Shown here in pieces: positions 1 through 12,734 of a DNA stretch of 64,000 nt. Made by a program: the position numbers and the translations under genes. Location: assembly GCA_051294905.1 (NCBI GenBank), contig CM119371.1:14138001-14202000 (forward strand), read 5' to 3'. This stretch comes from Botryllus schlosseri. Its lineage: Eukaryota. The first letter of the stretch is position 1. Every line of letters begins with the position of its first letter. The notes beneath the pieces were generated by a model, which was not told where the DNA came from, ran no database searches, and saw only the letters and a program-made list of their open reading frames with translations.

Positions 1-138
1 CTCTCGCACACTACACCAAGTTGAGGTTAAGAAGTGGTTGAAGGTTCTTTTAGACCGCGACCAAATCTTAATTTTAGTTGCACCTTACGACCCAAGCCCT
101 TCACCAAAATGCACGCATTTTCAATATTAGTATGCTAC

Positions 139-358
139 GAGTCGACTTTAATCAAAATACAGCAGCCAAGACTGTGTCAACAAAAGGAGTTCCAGTACCA
201 TCTAAAATAGTACATTGAACGCTCTCTTATTCGAAATTTCATACTGGTGACGTCATATTTTGTGATACGATTGTTAATTTTCAATGTTCTTTCCAATTCT
301 ATACTATAGTTGCTGACGATTACCCCTGAGGAGTGTCAGCCGGAAATTTTAGCGTTCA
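139..358 (+). mobile_element. Penelope-like element 3' end fragment (GIY-YIG C-terminus, 3' UTR, decayed hammerhead)
   Basis: Aligns by eye to 52600-52818 (gagtcgacttt...aaatagtacattgaacgctctc...tgctgacgattacccctga). Confidence 0.85.
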
Positions 359-957
359 CGTTAGTTTTCACTGTGTCGTAACACTTATTGACCGCGGAAA
401 TCAATTGTTTTTCAAATGGTGGAAATAGGACCGATTCAAGGTAGATGGATATAAACATCTTTAGTTGTTCGTTCGGTGAGCTCTGTTGACTTTTTTTGCG
501 TTGAATTGCGTTAATTTCCTCTCTATGTCGCGGTTGATAACGTGTTCAGGGCAACCGTTATCAATTAAGATTTTGCGGATGTTGTCAAGTTCTGAACTCA
601 GTTTGTTACCCGAACATATCATCAACGCTATGCACAAGGGGGGCCATGAGGTTGGTTTTTCTGTGTCGAGGACTAAATTTATTCCAACAAAGGTATTGGC
701 ATGTGAATGACGGTTTCCTGAAGACCCATGTTTCAAATTGGTTGATATTGTGCTTTTCGACTACAACGTCCAAGAATGATAATGAGTTATTTTATTGCGT
801 TCTTCTTCGATTGTGAATCGCAGGGCCGGGTGAAGCGAGTTTGAGCGAATGAGAAATTGATCACACTCCGACTCATTCCTCAATATGGCAAAATTATTAT
901 ATACATATCGGCGGCTCGAAAATGATTCGATGGACTCACGCTGCGAGAGAAGCTCCT
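356..957 (-). mobile_element. Degenerate Penelope-like RT/thumb fragment, inverted relative to 139-358
   Basis: ORF 461-736 (-) contains ALMICSGNKLSSELDNIRKILIDNGCPEHVINR, nearly the same as the ORF at 51286-52680. YVDD has decayed to YVYN and there are frameshifts. Confidence 0.9.
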
Positions 958-1356
958 ATCCATCGACTAATATGTTGGAATCTATTTTTTTAGAGAAGAA
1001 ACACGGCTCATCTCTGGTTTCATATCCTGGGTAAAAAACAACAATTGGCTCCTATACCATTCATGATAAGAATGAAGCTAATGCATTTTTGTAAGTATAG
1101 GCCCAACCCATATTAGGCATTTCACCGATTGCAGTATAGGTTGAATTTGATCATGCTTCTTATGATATAAGAGCAGTTCCGAAATCGACTACGAATTTCG
1201 AAATCAAATCGGGTATAATGCTGAATTACAACTGATAGCATTTTTGATACTATAATATAACTAGAATGATGACACATGGCTATTGTTCATTGTAATGCCG
1301 CACGCAATGGGCAATGTATTGAACAAGAAAAAGATCCAAGCACTGGAAAACAATGG

Positions 1357-1688
1357 TCAATTTGAAAGCTTGATATACTTGACATACGACGCGCAGCACG
1401 CCTCCATGTCGCCAGCACTGCGTTTGGTAGGTTGCGCCTCATTCGCGGGGATTTCAAGCTCGCACAGCTCAACAGTTTTAACATCAGTGCCCAACACGCC
1501 GCCAAATATATACAGCTTGTCGGAAAGGTGGACTTTGACATGTCGACATTGTATCTCAAAATTGCTTAAAATCTGCCATTGCCTCGTCTGGTCGTTAAGG
1601 ATTTCGACTGTACTGTACACGTTACACCTCCGAGAGCGTACAGAAATTTCTTGTACCAAATGCCTGCCCCGTACCAGACTTGGACAAC
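1357..1688 (-). pseudogene. Kelch-repeat protein fragment, frameshifted
   Basis: Minus strand reads KKFLYALGG in one frame, then STVEILNDQTRQW...DKLYIFGG..VKTVE in another. Both carry the kelch hydrophobic-GG...W pattern. Confidence 0.55.
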
Positions 1689-1703
1689 TATAAAATTTTC
1701 AGC

Positions 1704-1902
1704 TTTTCCAAATTAGATTAGAATTAGAATTAGTGCTACACATTTTTTTCCAAATTAGATTGGAATTAGAATTAGAGGTACACAATTTTTCCAAATTAGA
1801 TTAGAATTAGAATTATAGCTATACAATTTTTCCAAACTAGATTAGAATTAGAATTAGAGCTACACAGCCTTTTCGAAATTAGATTAGAATTAGAATTACT
1901 GA
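1704..1902. repeat. About 40-bp tandem array (ttttccaaattagattagaattagaattagagctacaca) x5, probably a MITE subterminal array
   Basis: Five imperfect copies are directly visible, built from AATTAG units. Confidence 0.85.
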
Positions 1903-2280
1903 ATTCACAAAAAACTTGGAAATATAATGAAATTGTGAATGAGAAATAAATAGGCTACTGCAAAAACCAAGTTCAGTTCATATCGAATCACAATGCGTTC
2001 CCATTGCCACGACAATGGTTAATGTCTGTACACCAAGCTTGGCTCGTTTTGCACTCACCAGGGGTCACCAAGATGCGGGCCACATGCGGCCGACGATCTA
2101 ATTAGTGATTTTGGAAGAACGAGAAGTAAAGCATTTTGAAATTATTATTATTGTTGTTGTTGTTTCAAAATAAGCTATTCGCCTGTGCGCCCAACAACAC
2201 TTTTCCGCAGTAGCTGAAACGGCGTCGGCGTTGTACTGAAGCATGACCATTATTCGTCACAATTACTACTATGAAATACG

Positions 2281-2373
2281 TCGGAGCCGGAGCTACTCCT
2301 CAAAAAACTGGCTCCAGCTCCGACTGAATTCTATGTAGAGCTCCAGCTCCGGGGCTCCGACTCCAAAGCCCTG
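2281..2373. mobile_element. hAT-type MITE end with GGAGC/GCTCC repeats
   Basis: Ends ...gctccgactccaaagccctg, a CAGGGC-type terminus with internal short repeats. Confidence 0.5.
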
Positions 2374-2498
2374 CCTACTACTACATCATCATCTACTCAC
2401 CTACTGCGAAGCCATTTTTCTTCAGCGCCCCCTATCGCCCCCCTGAGCCCAGTGCCCCACGACGATCAAGAAGCTGGACACATAATCATTGATTGCAC

Positions 2499-4165
2499 CA
2501 GTGGTTCCCAACCTTTTTCGTCTCGTGCCCCCTTGGCCGATATTTGAGCTACAATTCCCCCCTATTAAAAAGTTGCCTGTGACTACAAAAGGTGATTTTT
2601 AACGCACAACCATTTGTTGACTGAGCAGCAGTGTTGGGATGACTCGAGTCATGACTTGACTCGAGTCAGACTCGAGTCACTTTTTGCGTATGACTTGACT
2701 TGACTCGAGTCACTTTGCTAAAATGACTTGACTTGACTTAACTCGACGTATCAAAAATGTGGATTGACTCGTGACTCGGAGCAAAATTCACGAGTCAATT
2801 ACAAGTCATCAAGTAATTGGTGTCGATAAAAATCACTGTATCTTGCATATGTTCAGATTGTTCGCGAAACGCTGGTGTAACCCTTGAAAGCGATCAATCA
2901 TTCAATGATCGAGCGTTTCACTGAGCCGCGATTGTTCTCTCATAAATAAATCGACCGCAAACGAAGTGATCGAAGCTTGCAGCTTACGTTGTCGTTCATT
3001 CTAGTAGTAATAAAATAGCAAAATGCATATTTCTTTTCTCTGTTCTTTTACCTTTACCAAACCTCTTGTTTTATTTGAATTGAATTCGAATATAATTTAT
3101 ATTGTCCTCAACGCATGCTCGAATTGTATCATATCAATTTGAAAATGGGTTATGTATTGCATCTTATCAATTCGTTTGTCTATTCTCTATTTTGACTGGT
3201 AACTATAAACTAAGGCTATGCAATTACTTACGTAGTTTAATAGTTTTACGTATATGTGAGCGATGCAGCGTCTTCTTGCGTGCGTATTTAACTCTATATT
3301 CGTTCATCGGTTCAGAATCAATGACCACTCAATCTGTATTTCAGACAGCTAGCAAATTGCAATGACGTAATCATGCCTCATACTGCGAAAAGGCAACTTG
3401 ACTTGAAATGTGACTTGACTCGTGACTTGACTTGACTTGACTCGACTTGACTCGAGTCACCTCTAAAAATCGAGTGACTTGACTTGACTCGAGTCACCTT
3501 TGAAAATCGATTGACTTGACTTGACTCGAGTCAAAATGTGCAATGACTCGAAATGACTCGTGACTCGAAGGTAGTGACTTGATCCCAACACTGCTGAGCA
3601 GTTAATGACCCAAACATATCCAGATATGTCCGAACTATGTCGAATGCGGACCGCACTACACTTCGGCAAAGTACAGCTAAATTTGAACTGTGTTTTACCA
3701 GTCGGGTAGCAGCTGACGAAATATATATCACCAGGTCCGCTTGCTATGGCCTTAAGTTAAATCGATGAATTTGGTATGTTTTTCACGTTAGCTCATGTAT
3801 TGGCTTAAGAAGGTAAACAATTTCACCAGTGGCCTTGTGCTGAATTCGGCTTGGCTTTTATCTGCTTAGTAGCAATTTGATCGAGAGGCTGTCGCGGGCC
3901 AAACGAAATCGTCTCGCGAGCCTCACTTTATCAGGGGGTGTAATATCTACGGAAGTCATTTACACATAATACACATAGCTTAAAATCCGCCAAAGAAACA
4001 TATAATTGTAACGAACTAGTTTCATACTTATGAGTTCTACCAGAAAAATCTAAACACCTCGTAAACCCGGGGTATCTTCCGATACAACGACAAAGCCAGA
4101 TGCCCCCCTGAAAATTTCAAAATTCCCCCGAAGGGGGGAAATTCCCCCCACGTTGGAAACCACTG
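2499..4165. mobile_element. hAT (Buster/Charlie-like) non-autonomous element hosting 2629-3593
   Basis: TIRs cagtggttcccaac / gttggaaaccactg. No clean TSD. Confidence 0.6.
2629..3593 (+). mobile_element. hAT MITE, GACTT/CTCGAG family, copy 1
   Basis: TIR cagtgttgggat / atcccaacactg; perfect 8-bp TSD ctgagcag; subterminal TTGAC and GACTCGAGTC arrays. Confidence 0.95.
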
Positions 4166-5111
4166 GCATAAGCAATCAATGATAATTCTAAGGCAGTGGC
4201 TCTAAAACTGGGGCGCTCCTCCCCCTCCCCTGGGGGCGTGAAAGCATCTAAGGGGCCGCGAAGCTGAGCTCAAATGAAAAATTTTTCCGCGCTCCGCGCG
4301 ATTTACATCCAATCCACAGTTATAGCTCTGTGTTGAATTCGGGTATTTATATTTTATCTACACATAGTAGAAGCGTGTTTGATGCTAACATGGTTATGAT
4401 GCTGTCAGCATTGTGTGTCCTGGAACTAAACCAAAAGTGGAATTAGTAAATCTATGAGCAGTTCGCTGCTCACAGATTCAAATTTCAATATTGTTCTAAG
4501 AATCGGAACAATCGACTTTCATCTCTACAGTTTCGACACATTGGTTATTGAGTTCGACCAGCCTATGAAATCTCGCCAATGTTTCTGACGCGTGCACGAT
4601 ATCATCAAAGCAATGTTTTTTTTAAAAAGCCTATATATTATCTCCTTGTCCTCGCTATGTGATCAAATACCAATATTGGAAATATTGGATACGAATGGAT
4701 TCAGATGTTAAATGTGGCCCGCGAGCTCAAACGTTTGCCCACCCCTGCTTTAACCGTTCGCGTTACTGACCTCATTGATTATAATGAAGCATGGAACCGC
4801 AGCGAATTCGGTTCGGTGTATTGGCATTTTTATCAGTTCAATACACCACAAAAATTGCGTTCCATTGGATATAATACAATAGGAAGGTGTCGAAAGGACT
4901 TGGATTAGTCTTTAAAATCAGACACCCACCTGGCCTAGGCTATGTAAAGAGGAGGCATGCACACTGAATGAGGCACAATGTCATCTGTTGCACCTAGTGT
5001 GTTACCCTAACTCGACCAGACATTGCTTCATTGATCATTTGCTACCATCGTTTAATTTTTCTTCTATTTTCCTTTTTTAACTAAACATTTTTTACAGCCA
5101 GACTGTTCAGA

Positions 5112-5290
5112 GTCAAGTGCACCTATGTTTGATGCTGGTGTGATCAGACTAGATGACCTTCGCGGTCTTATCGATCATTACTGTCTAATATCGAATACTG
5201 TGCAGTGTGGATGCATATTTTCTGTATCACCATCACTGCCGTTTGTTAGGTATTTTGGTGGGATAAAAATAAATACTCTCTCTCTCTCTC
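5112..5290 (+). mobile_element. Retroelement 3' tail (AATAAA plus TC microsatellite); second copy about 60490-60670
   Basis: Diverged match to 60490-60670; both end aataaa...ctctc. Confidence 0.5.
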
Positions 5291-5576
5291 CCACGCAGTC
5301 ACACCCGTATTATGTCCGATAGTTGCCGAAGTCACGGTTTGACTTTTCGTACACTTAACTGAATCTCATGATCTACTTCAAATCGATAACGACGTTTCTT
5401 TCCAATATACATGTACTACCATAGCGAACTTTTATGAGGTTTAATTTTCTATCATATATTTGACTGCCAGTTATCGACTGGGGGTCGCGACCCACAGGCT
5501 GCCGTCCAAGAGTTTTCATACTTAGTCGAGGCCGGCCAAACTCCGTTCAGTTTGACACATAAGTCAGTATAGGAAT

Positions 5577-6531
5577 TAGGGATGGTGTGAACCTCTGAAA
5601 GGTTCAGGTTCGTGTGAACGGGAACCTTTTTGAACGGTTCTGTGTGAACGCGAACGTGAACCTCATGACGTCACGTGACGTCATATTGCTAATTATAACC
5701 TGCATTTCAGTGAAGTGATATATTAATGTACATGTAAACGATAGCCTACCTACGACGACTCGGGCCGTATAATGCCACAGTGCTGAAGTACATACTGACT
5801 TTTTAAACGTCGCCAAATGTATCAACTGGGTAATCAAATGATATAACAATCCCATAAAATCAATATCTTTCGTCGCTTTGACAACGATTTCGACGAGGAC
5901 TTGCAGGGGAATATAAGCTTACGGTCTAGGCCAGGCCGGGCAATGTATTCGGCGTATGATTGTTGCTATACGTTGATATTGAGCAGAGCATAAAACGGGA
6001 TTCTATACTTGCTACCGATTTTACCCCAATAACAAGTTATACAGCAGTAGCCAACAGACAAATGAAATCGAGATGGACCCCTACGCTGGCTCGATTTTGA
6101 CATTAGACAACAATATCAGATTCATTGTGAAAAATCATCATTCGCTGACCACCTACAGGTAGCGTATTTCGCTCTTGATGTTGTGTGATTGCTGGTCAAG
6201 CTCACAGCAGAGAGTCACTAAATATTCACAAACGGATAGCTGTATATTTCGAGCAAACATTTGTAACGAAGCAAGTAAAATTTTTGAGATTGTCAAGGTG
6301 CATGCTCGTTTAGTGTTGATTTTTTATGCTGCCAGTGCCATGCATAGAGTGACCCGTAGTTGAAATGCAGTAAATTTCAACCTAAGATATTATAATGACG
6401 TGAAAATTGCAATATATGAAAAAGGTTCACAGTGCAGAACCTACCAAGGTTCGTCTGTGAACGTGAACTTCTTAATTGCTGAGGTTCACACACAGAACGC
6501 GAACGTGAACCTCACGTTCACACCATCCCTA
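5577..6531 (+). mobile_element. hAT MITE, TAGGGATGG/GTGAAC family, copy 1
   Basis: TIR tagggatggtgtgaac; TSD ataggaat/ttaggaat; GTGAAC/GTTCAC subterminal repeats. Confidence 0.93.
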
Positions 6532-6669
6532 TTAGGAATGTAATTTCGTGATGGAAAATATCTATAATAATTTGATTTTGATTTAGTCACCGAGACTTAT
6601 TCCGAAACTATAGTGACAGCTACAAATGGTGGGTGGGTATTTGTGAGAAGTGTTACTTAGCTGCTAAAG

Positions 6670-6928
6670 CAGTGGTTCTCAAACTTTTTTAGACACGCCA
6701 CCCTTAATGATAGTGAAAAGTTTCGCGCCCTTTTATAGCAATCACTTCGGATAGTTTGATGGCATGGAAGGTTATGACTGTTGATGAGAAAATTCTGAAA
6801 TATGAGATCCTGGCTATACACAGAGCAATAGCTGTGAATCGAAGGTAAATCGCGCGCAAAAAATTCACTGAACCACAGCTTCGCACTCTCATTGAGATGC
6901 TCTCACGCCCCCAGTTTGAGTACCACTG
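6670..6928. mobile_element. hAT MITE inserted in a LINE 3' end remnant (about 6625-7010, minus strand)
   Basis: TIR cagtggttctcaaac / gtttgagtaccactg. Joined flanks match the LINE 3' end at 59850-59972. Confidence 0.75.
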
Positions 6929-7230
6929 AAGGCTTTGCGCGCCAGAAACGTGTTTATTGGTTGTCCCGGAAATCACGTGTCATGTGTCCCTTCCGGTCAA
7001 TATAACAAAGCTACAAAGCTGCATATGGTATCTCACTACTAAATCTTAGCAACCCTGTTGAGCATTGCGAGCGGTAACATGGATATATCATTCGTCTCTG
7101 ATGTTCAATATCGTTCATGATATGCATGAATGTTGTGTATGGAAATCGTGTATCTCCCGAAATTTACCCTGTGCTAGCGTGAAGACAGATAAACGGAAGG
7201 CTTACTCTGAACTGAGTTATTGGTTTCATA

Positions 7231-7421
7231 CAATGTTCCCTATAAGCTGCGCACGTGCGCAAATGCGCAGTGTTGAAACGGTCTCTGCGCACAGAAAATC
7301 CAAGTTGCGCACAACAAACCGAAGTGATGACCTTTTTTAGTCATTACGCACTGTTGTCCAAGGGTCTGCGCAGTGATTTGGTGAGTGTACGCAGACTCGT
7401 CAAAAATTAGAGGGAACATTG
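7231..7421 (+). mobile_element. hAT MITE, CAATGTTCCCT/TGCGCA family
   Basis: TIR caatgttccct / agggaacattg; TSD gtttcata/gtttcaca. Other copies at 25680-25874 and 61676-61800. Confidence 0.9.
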
Positions 7422-10400
7422 GTTTCACACCTTTTCCGTTGGAGAGGATGAGCCCACTACACCTATTTATATGGATGTTTTAGGTTCTGCTTTCCTGTAG
7501 CGCTTTTTGGGTGGTAATATGCCAAGCGACTTTTCTCTAACAGTGCCGTTTTCCATTTTGTTAGCACCGTTAAGATGCATCGGCGATAACTCGAGTTACA
7601 ACAAACCCTAATTGGGTTTGCAGCAGTATTTTATTGGGGCTATAATGCCGATAATTTTTGAATTGCATTTCGGCGTACAGGCTTGTTACACGATTCAAAC
7701 CGGAAGAAAATGTACCTACAGGTCTGGAAACCGTCCTAATATTGCCCGGATAAATCCGAGGATTGCCTAATCTAAGATTCATGGCGATGATCACCCTATC
7801 TGTTTTTGGAGGATTTATCAGTATTTAAAGTCAGTAAGCTTGAATATTTACTTAGAAATTCCTTTGATATCCGTTATCCGTAACGATCTTGAAAGATAGC
7901 CTTTGTATAGGTCATTTCAGCGATGTATTGCACGGATTGCAAAATAAATGCATCAAGTCTGGTATAACAACATGCCTCGATCCTGGTATTTTCATATTCT
8001 TATATGAATATGTCAGTCTGAAATATAAAAGTTGATCGATCATCAAACTAATAATTTATACGAACCAGGAGGCTTACTTAAGTTGTTCCGGGGCACCCCA
8101 TTCATGCTACATTGCAGCTCATGCTATCGCTCGGCGGAGAAATCACGCAATCAGCTGAGGTGAGTATAATGCATACAGTTTTTGACATTATAATCGAGCG
8201 GGAAATGGTATGGCTCTGGCAAGCGTTGGTGCATTTTTGTAAGTATCAAAGGGGTGTCGATACATTGTGGAGGACCTGATACGTCATAACATCTATATAC
8301 TGCGATTGTTTTTAGTAGATTTAACACACATTAGATTGACTTGAACACCACAAGATGTGAATGCCGGAAAGGTTTTGGTTCGTGTGAACACTAACTTAGA
8401 CTAACACATGGATTTACAAATTTTCTGTATTAGCTGCCGACTCGTATATAACAGCTACACTTCCATTGTTTTTATCCACATTTGAATTATACAGGATGAA
8501 ATCATTTTAAATGATTCATACATATTGAAGTATTCGTGGCTTGTCTAAGTACGAAAACGTATAATGTGCGAAACAAGGAAGGATCGGGCTCCGGAAGGAT
8601 ATTTCGAAATGAATACAGCCATGCTAATTGCACGGTGAGGATTTCGAATAGCGTCAAAATAAAACAATTTACCGTGCCATCACGATTAATATGAGTTCCT
8701 ACGATTCATGGTTGCATGGAAACCATTTAACCGTCACTGTGGCCTCTTAATTTTCGAGATAAATTTTTAGTACTGTTGGAGTCGGTGGTAAAGTTTACCG
8801 ACTCCACAGCCCTGATCAAAACGACTTATCCAAAATCTGGATAGTCTCCCTTGAGCTTGTTGATGCTCCCTCAATACATTCATATTGGTATGAATATACG
8901 GTGAGTCCGTTCAGTGAGGCCAATGTCTATGAGGTGAGTGAAGTATCGTGATAACGTCGGGAAGCGTTGGAGTAGAAAAATAATGAACACATGTGCATGA
9001 TGACAATTAGAATGTTACAATGAGTCATCTTCACTCTCAGTACCAATTCGTAGTGATAGAAGCCATAGTTACAGAATGTTTCAACAACCAAGTAACACGC
9101 ACAGTACAATATGTAGGCTATGCCTGTTACACTATGAACTACAGTTAAACAATGTCATAATTCTAAACCACTTTTGCATCTTACCTCATACGCAGTACAG
9201 CGCTTATCTTATCATTCGAGGTACTTTGAATGAATCATGCATTTTTAATTGCAGCGAGTTAGATATTCAGTCTTGGATATCGCGCATGCAATTGATAAAT
9301 GTCATTACTCTGTACGTAATGAGAATCTGGGAATGTGCTCAGCTATATCGATACAACGTAGGATCAAACACCCAGCCGCGATGCTTATATCCATATCGAA
9401 GAAGATCAACTTGAAGGGCAAGCTGATCAATTTGCGTTGATAAAACGGGAACTCGTGTAATTTTCGATTCCTATATACCTTCCATGACGGAATCCATTGT
9501 TCGTTGCATGACAGGTGAGGTCCTTGATCGTACACCGAGCTATAGGCCTATCATAGCGCAGGGTTACTCAATTATTGCAAGATAAAAAGGTTTAAACTTT
9601 GCTGAGGTACGTCATAACTCTGACGAAATGATTTACGATCATACTAATGTAATACGGTATAACTAGGCCTATATACAAAATCCGGAAGAGCGTTATTAGC
9701 AAAAGCGATAAGCGAAACATTCTTTTTGTTCTGTTAGCTACAGATAGTAGAGGATTCAGCATCTTTTGCATTTCTTGCCAGTTCTTTAGATCGCGTTTCT
9801 AAAGCGGCGAGAGCGAGTCCAAGGCAGCGGTGGAAGTTTTTACTTGTCATAGAAATGCGAGATCTATTCTTTATACACTTCATGTTTGATAACCTTGACT
9901 CGCATGCTGTACTGCACTTAGTTTTCGCAAATCAGCGACAATGTATTTGATTGCGTTAAAAATGTAAAGGAAATACTGAGACTGAAGAAGTCGTGATTAA
10001 ACACTGCAAAGGTCTGCAGTCAGATCGCGGTCCGCCAGTTGAGCATCCCTGGCATTAGGGGTGTTCGGAAATGACTTTTATTCTCAAACTGTACCGGTTA
10101 CTTGATAAAATTGTTAGGCTACCTAATTTAAGCCTGCACACAAATTTTGGTTCAATTCCAATCAGTAGGCGAATTGCTACAGGAGAAGAAGGTTTTTTAT
10201 TTCTTGAGTAAAAAAAACACAAACAGAAACGATGTTCACCAAATTTGGCTTAATTCCAACCAGTGGAAGTGGAAATATTGGCATCAAAAATGTGGATTCG
10301 AATAAAATAGTATATACGGTTGCCATACCTACAATAAATAACACAGGGCAACAAAATATATTTTTTTCAAAAATCATGATATGTGAGATCGATTTAGGGG

Positions 10401-11574
10401 TATCAGGGGCGCCGAGTCTGAAAATGGCATTACTTTTGCCAAATTGGCTCTATTTTTTGAGATATTTCCTCTTCCTACATATGCCATGGAAAGTAGTATG
10501 TTTGCAAGTAATATAGGCTCGCTTGATGAGGTGAATGTGGGCTTAGATTAGTTTATATCAGATCCCATGTAGTAGGGGAGATGTGGTAACGATGGATCAA
10601 AAATTGGAAAATGATCGCTGACCCCGAAATGTTCTGCCGAAAACAGCAGACCTTTTGCTGGCTCAGCACTTTGATACAAGCTCCACCTATCGCGCACATA
10701 AACATGAATATCCGCCTTTTCAAAAAAATATTTAGGGACGTTCAAACTTTGTTGCTCGAACTTGTCATCGGTCCCCACCCGTTGGGTCCAATGGCACACG
10801 AACCGGGGACCTATGACACATATACCTTAAAAAACTCAGATGTGACTACCTTTCTTGCTCAGTATTATAATCTAAGCTACAGCAAGCCAAAGAAGAATGT
10901 TCGGTCGCAACTGTCAAAAAATAGAATAAATATTAACTCAAATGTTGTCATAAAATCATGTGTCGATATAGGCTCGGACTTATAAATTAGACTCGCAGTG
11001 ATTCCCAACCTTTTTGGCCCGCGGACTATTCCCAAGCTTGCCTATATATCCGCGGACTCAAGCTATATATCAACGAAAATTAGGTTTTTTGATTTCTATC
11101 CAAGAGAGTTTAATACGGTATCAACGAAAAAATCAAGCACTGTTTTGCACTCAACACACACTGAATTAGAGCCTTGTCCTTGAACTTGCTTGACAAGTTT
11201 ATCGAATTCCGGAATTATGGTTGTTAATGTAGGCCTACATCTGATGTCATCTACCGGTTGAAGTCTATTGCGATACTTCTTTTGATCATCGTCAGGGTTG
11301 AAAAGTCAGATTTACTCAGGTATGTGGTTGGAAATGGCAAAAGAGCTGTTGCAGCTTGCTAGCAAAGATCTGAAAAACTATGCTCCATCGACTGCACAGT
11401 GCACATTTGTCCAAAATTGAGTCAAAGAAGCCTTTTTAAAGGTGTCTTTCCATATCTGTCGGCTTTGCAATGCAAACAACTGTTCATGTTCAGTAATGTA
11501 GTCCATATTTCGAGTTCGACTGATAAATAGACAACTATAGATTGTTTCTGTGATGAGCACATGTCCCTACGATT

Positions 11575-12400
11575 TATCAATATCCAAATAACGTCTACAA
11601 GTGGACCATAAGTCGCAATAAATACAATAACACTCAGCGTATATCGCGCCGAAAACGCGTGCATACGTGTGTATGAAGAGCTGTCATAGGAGTTTATACC
11701 TGGCATTTTCGGTATGTGAATACTCATCGTCAAATTCCGCATCCAAGCGTACCAAATTCAAGTCAATCCGACGAAAATTGTACATTTATAACCAGGATAG
11801 AATTGTTTATGACAATTTTACCAATTGGCTACCTCAGCCATAAATCCAGGGCATTTTGAAAAATTCCAGTTGCCGATAATAAGGGTTTATAGGCATCCCT
11901 GACATATTTGGTATCAAGCCAGGAAGATGCTACAGATGTCCAAAGCATACCCGTCTTGCCTGTGACACTTGCGACCAACTGGTTGCCCAAGACACAGAAC
12001 ATTTCAGGAGAACGAATATTGCTTGTAATGCTGAACAATTTGTTGCAGAGCCTTATGTTTCGTTGTCGTTGTTCTTGCGTTTGAAATATACGAGGCGAAA
12101 CATCGCTTATTGAGGTATCTCTGATATTGCATTCCAAACTACATTCATTGTAGTATAATTTATTAACTTGAAGGTATTTCGTATGACCCTCATCAAGAGT
12201 TAACGGCACAATAAGAAGCATACAGAAATAGGTTCTAACGAAAACCAAATTGGCAACATATGACGTAACAATACAATGATATAAAAGGAACGTTAGGCAA
12301 AGGCAGCTGTTCCGGTACTCCGACAATCTGAACAAAGAGAGCCCAGAAAATCGAATTATACGATACACGGAAGACGTTACACATACAATTACCGGTATAT
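11575..12400 (-). pseudogene. Possible decayed ionotropic glutamate receptor / IR-like fragment inside the hAT element
   Basis: Ordered motifs across frameshifts: SIFWALFVQ, FLLYHCIVTSYVANLV (SYTANL-like), LLSATGIFQNALDLW, then a hydrophobic segment ending RR. Confidence 0.4.
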
Positions 12401-12652
12401 ATTGTATATAAACTCTTTCTGCTTCTTATTGTGCCGTTATCTCTTGATAAGGGGCACACGATCAGTTGATAAATTGCACCGCAATGAATGTAGTTCTGAG
12501 AGCACTATTCCAGTTTAGGACCGCCGAGATATCTGTGCGTTTTATCTCAGAGCTATTAAGGTGATTAACATTTAAAAAGCGGTATTTTGCGAATCAAACA
12601 TCACGGAGGAAGCCTAATTCTCAAATCTAAATTTAAAGAATCCGGACCAGGA

Positions 12653-12734
12653 CGGGGCTCGTTCACTTTCGGACCAAAAAGATATTTTCTCCGTAAGGAT
12701 GTAGTGAGTTTGGTCCGAAAGTGAACGAGCCCCG
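12653..12734. repeat. 82-bp hairpin / mini-MITE with perfect 26-bp inverted arms
   Basis: cggggctcgttcactttcggaccaaa ... tttggtccgaaagtgaacgagccccg. Confidence 0.85.

Noticed and set aside
311..355. Second active hammerhead
   Set aside because: The stem I 3' strand (gggt to gcgt) and the stem III palindrome are mutated, so it is probably inactive.
2629..3593. Regularly spaced GACTTGACTCGAGTC repeats suggesting a CRISPR array
   Set aside because: They are subterminal repeats inside a TIR/TSD-bounded MITE present four times. There are no unique spacers or cas genes, and the context is eukaryotic.
5112..7010. Matches of 5112-5290 and 6625-7010 to 59850-60670 as part of the segmental duplication
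   Set aside because: These are retroelement 3' ends with unrelated flanks and higher divergence, better explained as independent insertions.
7791..8885. Possible coding relic in the duplicated block (also 61810-62907)
   Set aside because: The short ORFs differ between copies and I recognise no motif; BLASTX would be needed.
10611..10985. Repeated ORFs at 10611-10985 and 24220-24735 as a gene family
   Set aside because: Both lie in copies of one non-autonomous TA-flanked element, the frames differ between copies and no domain is recognisable.
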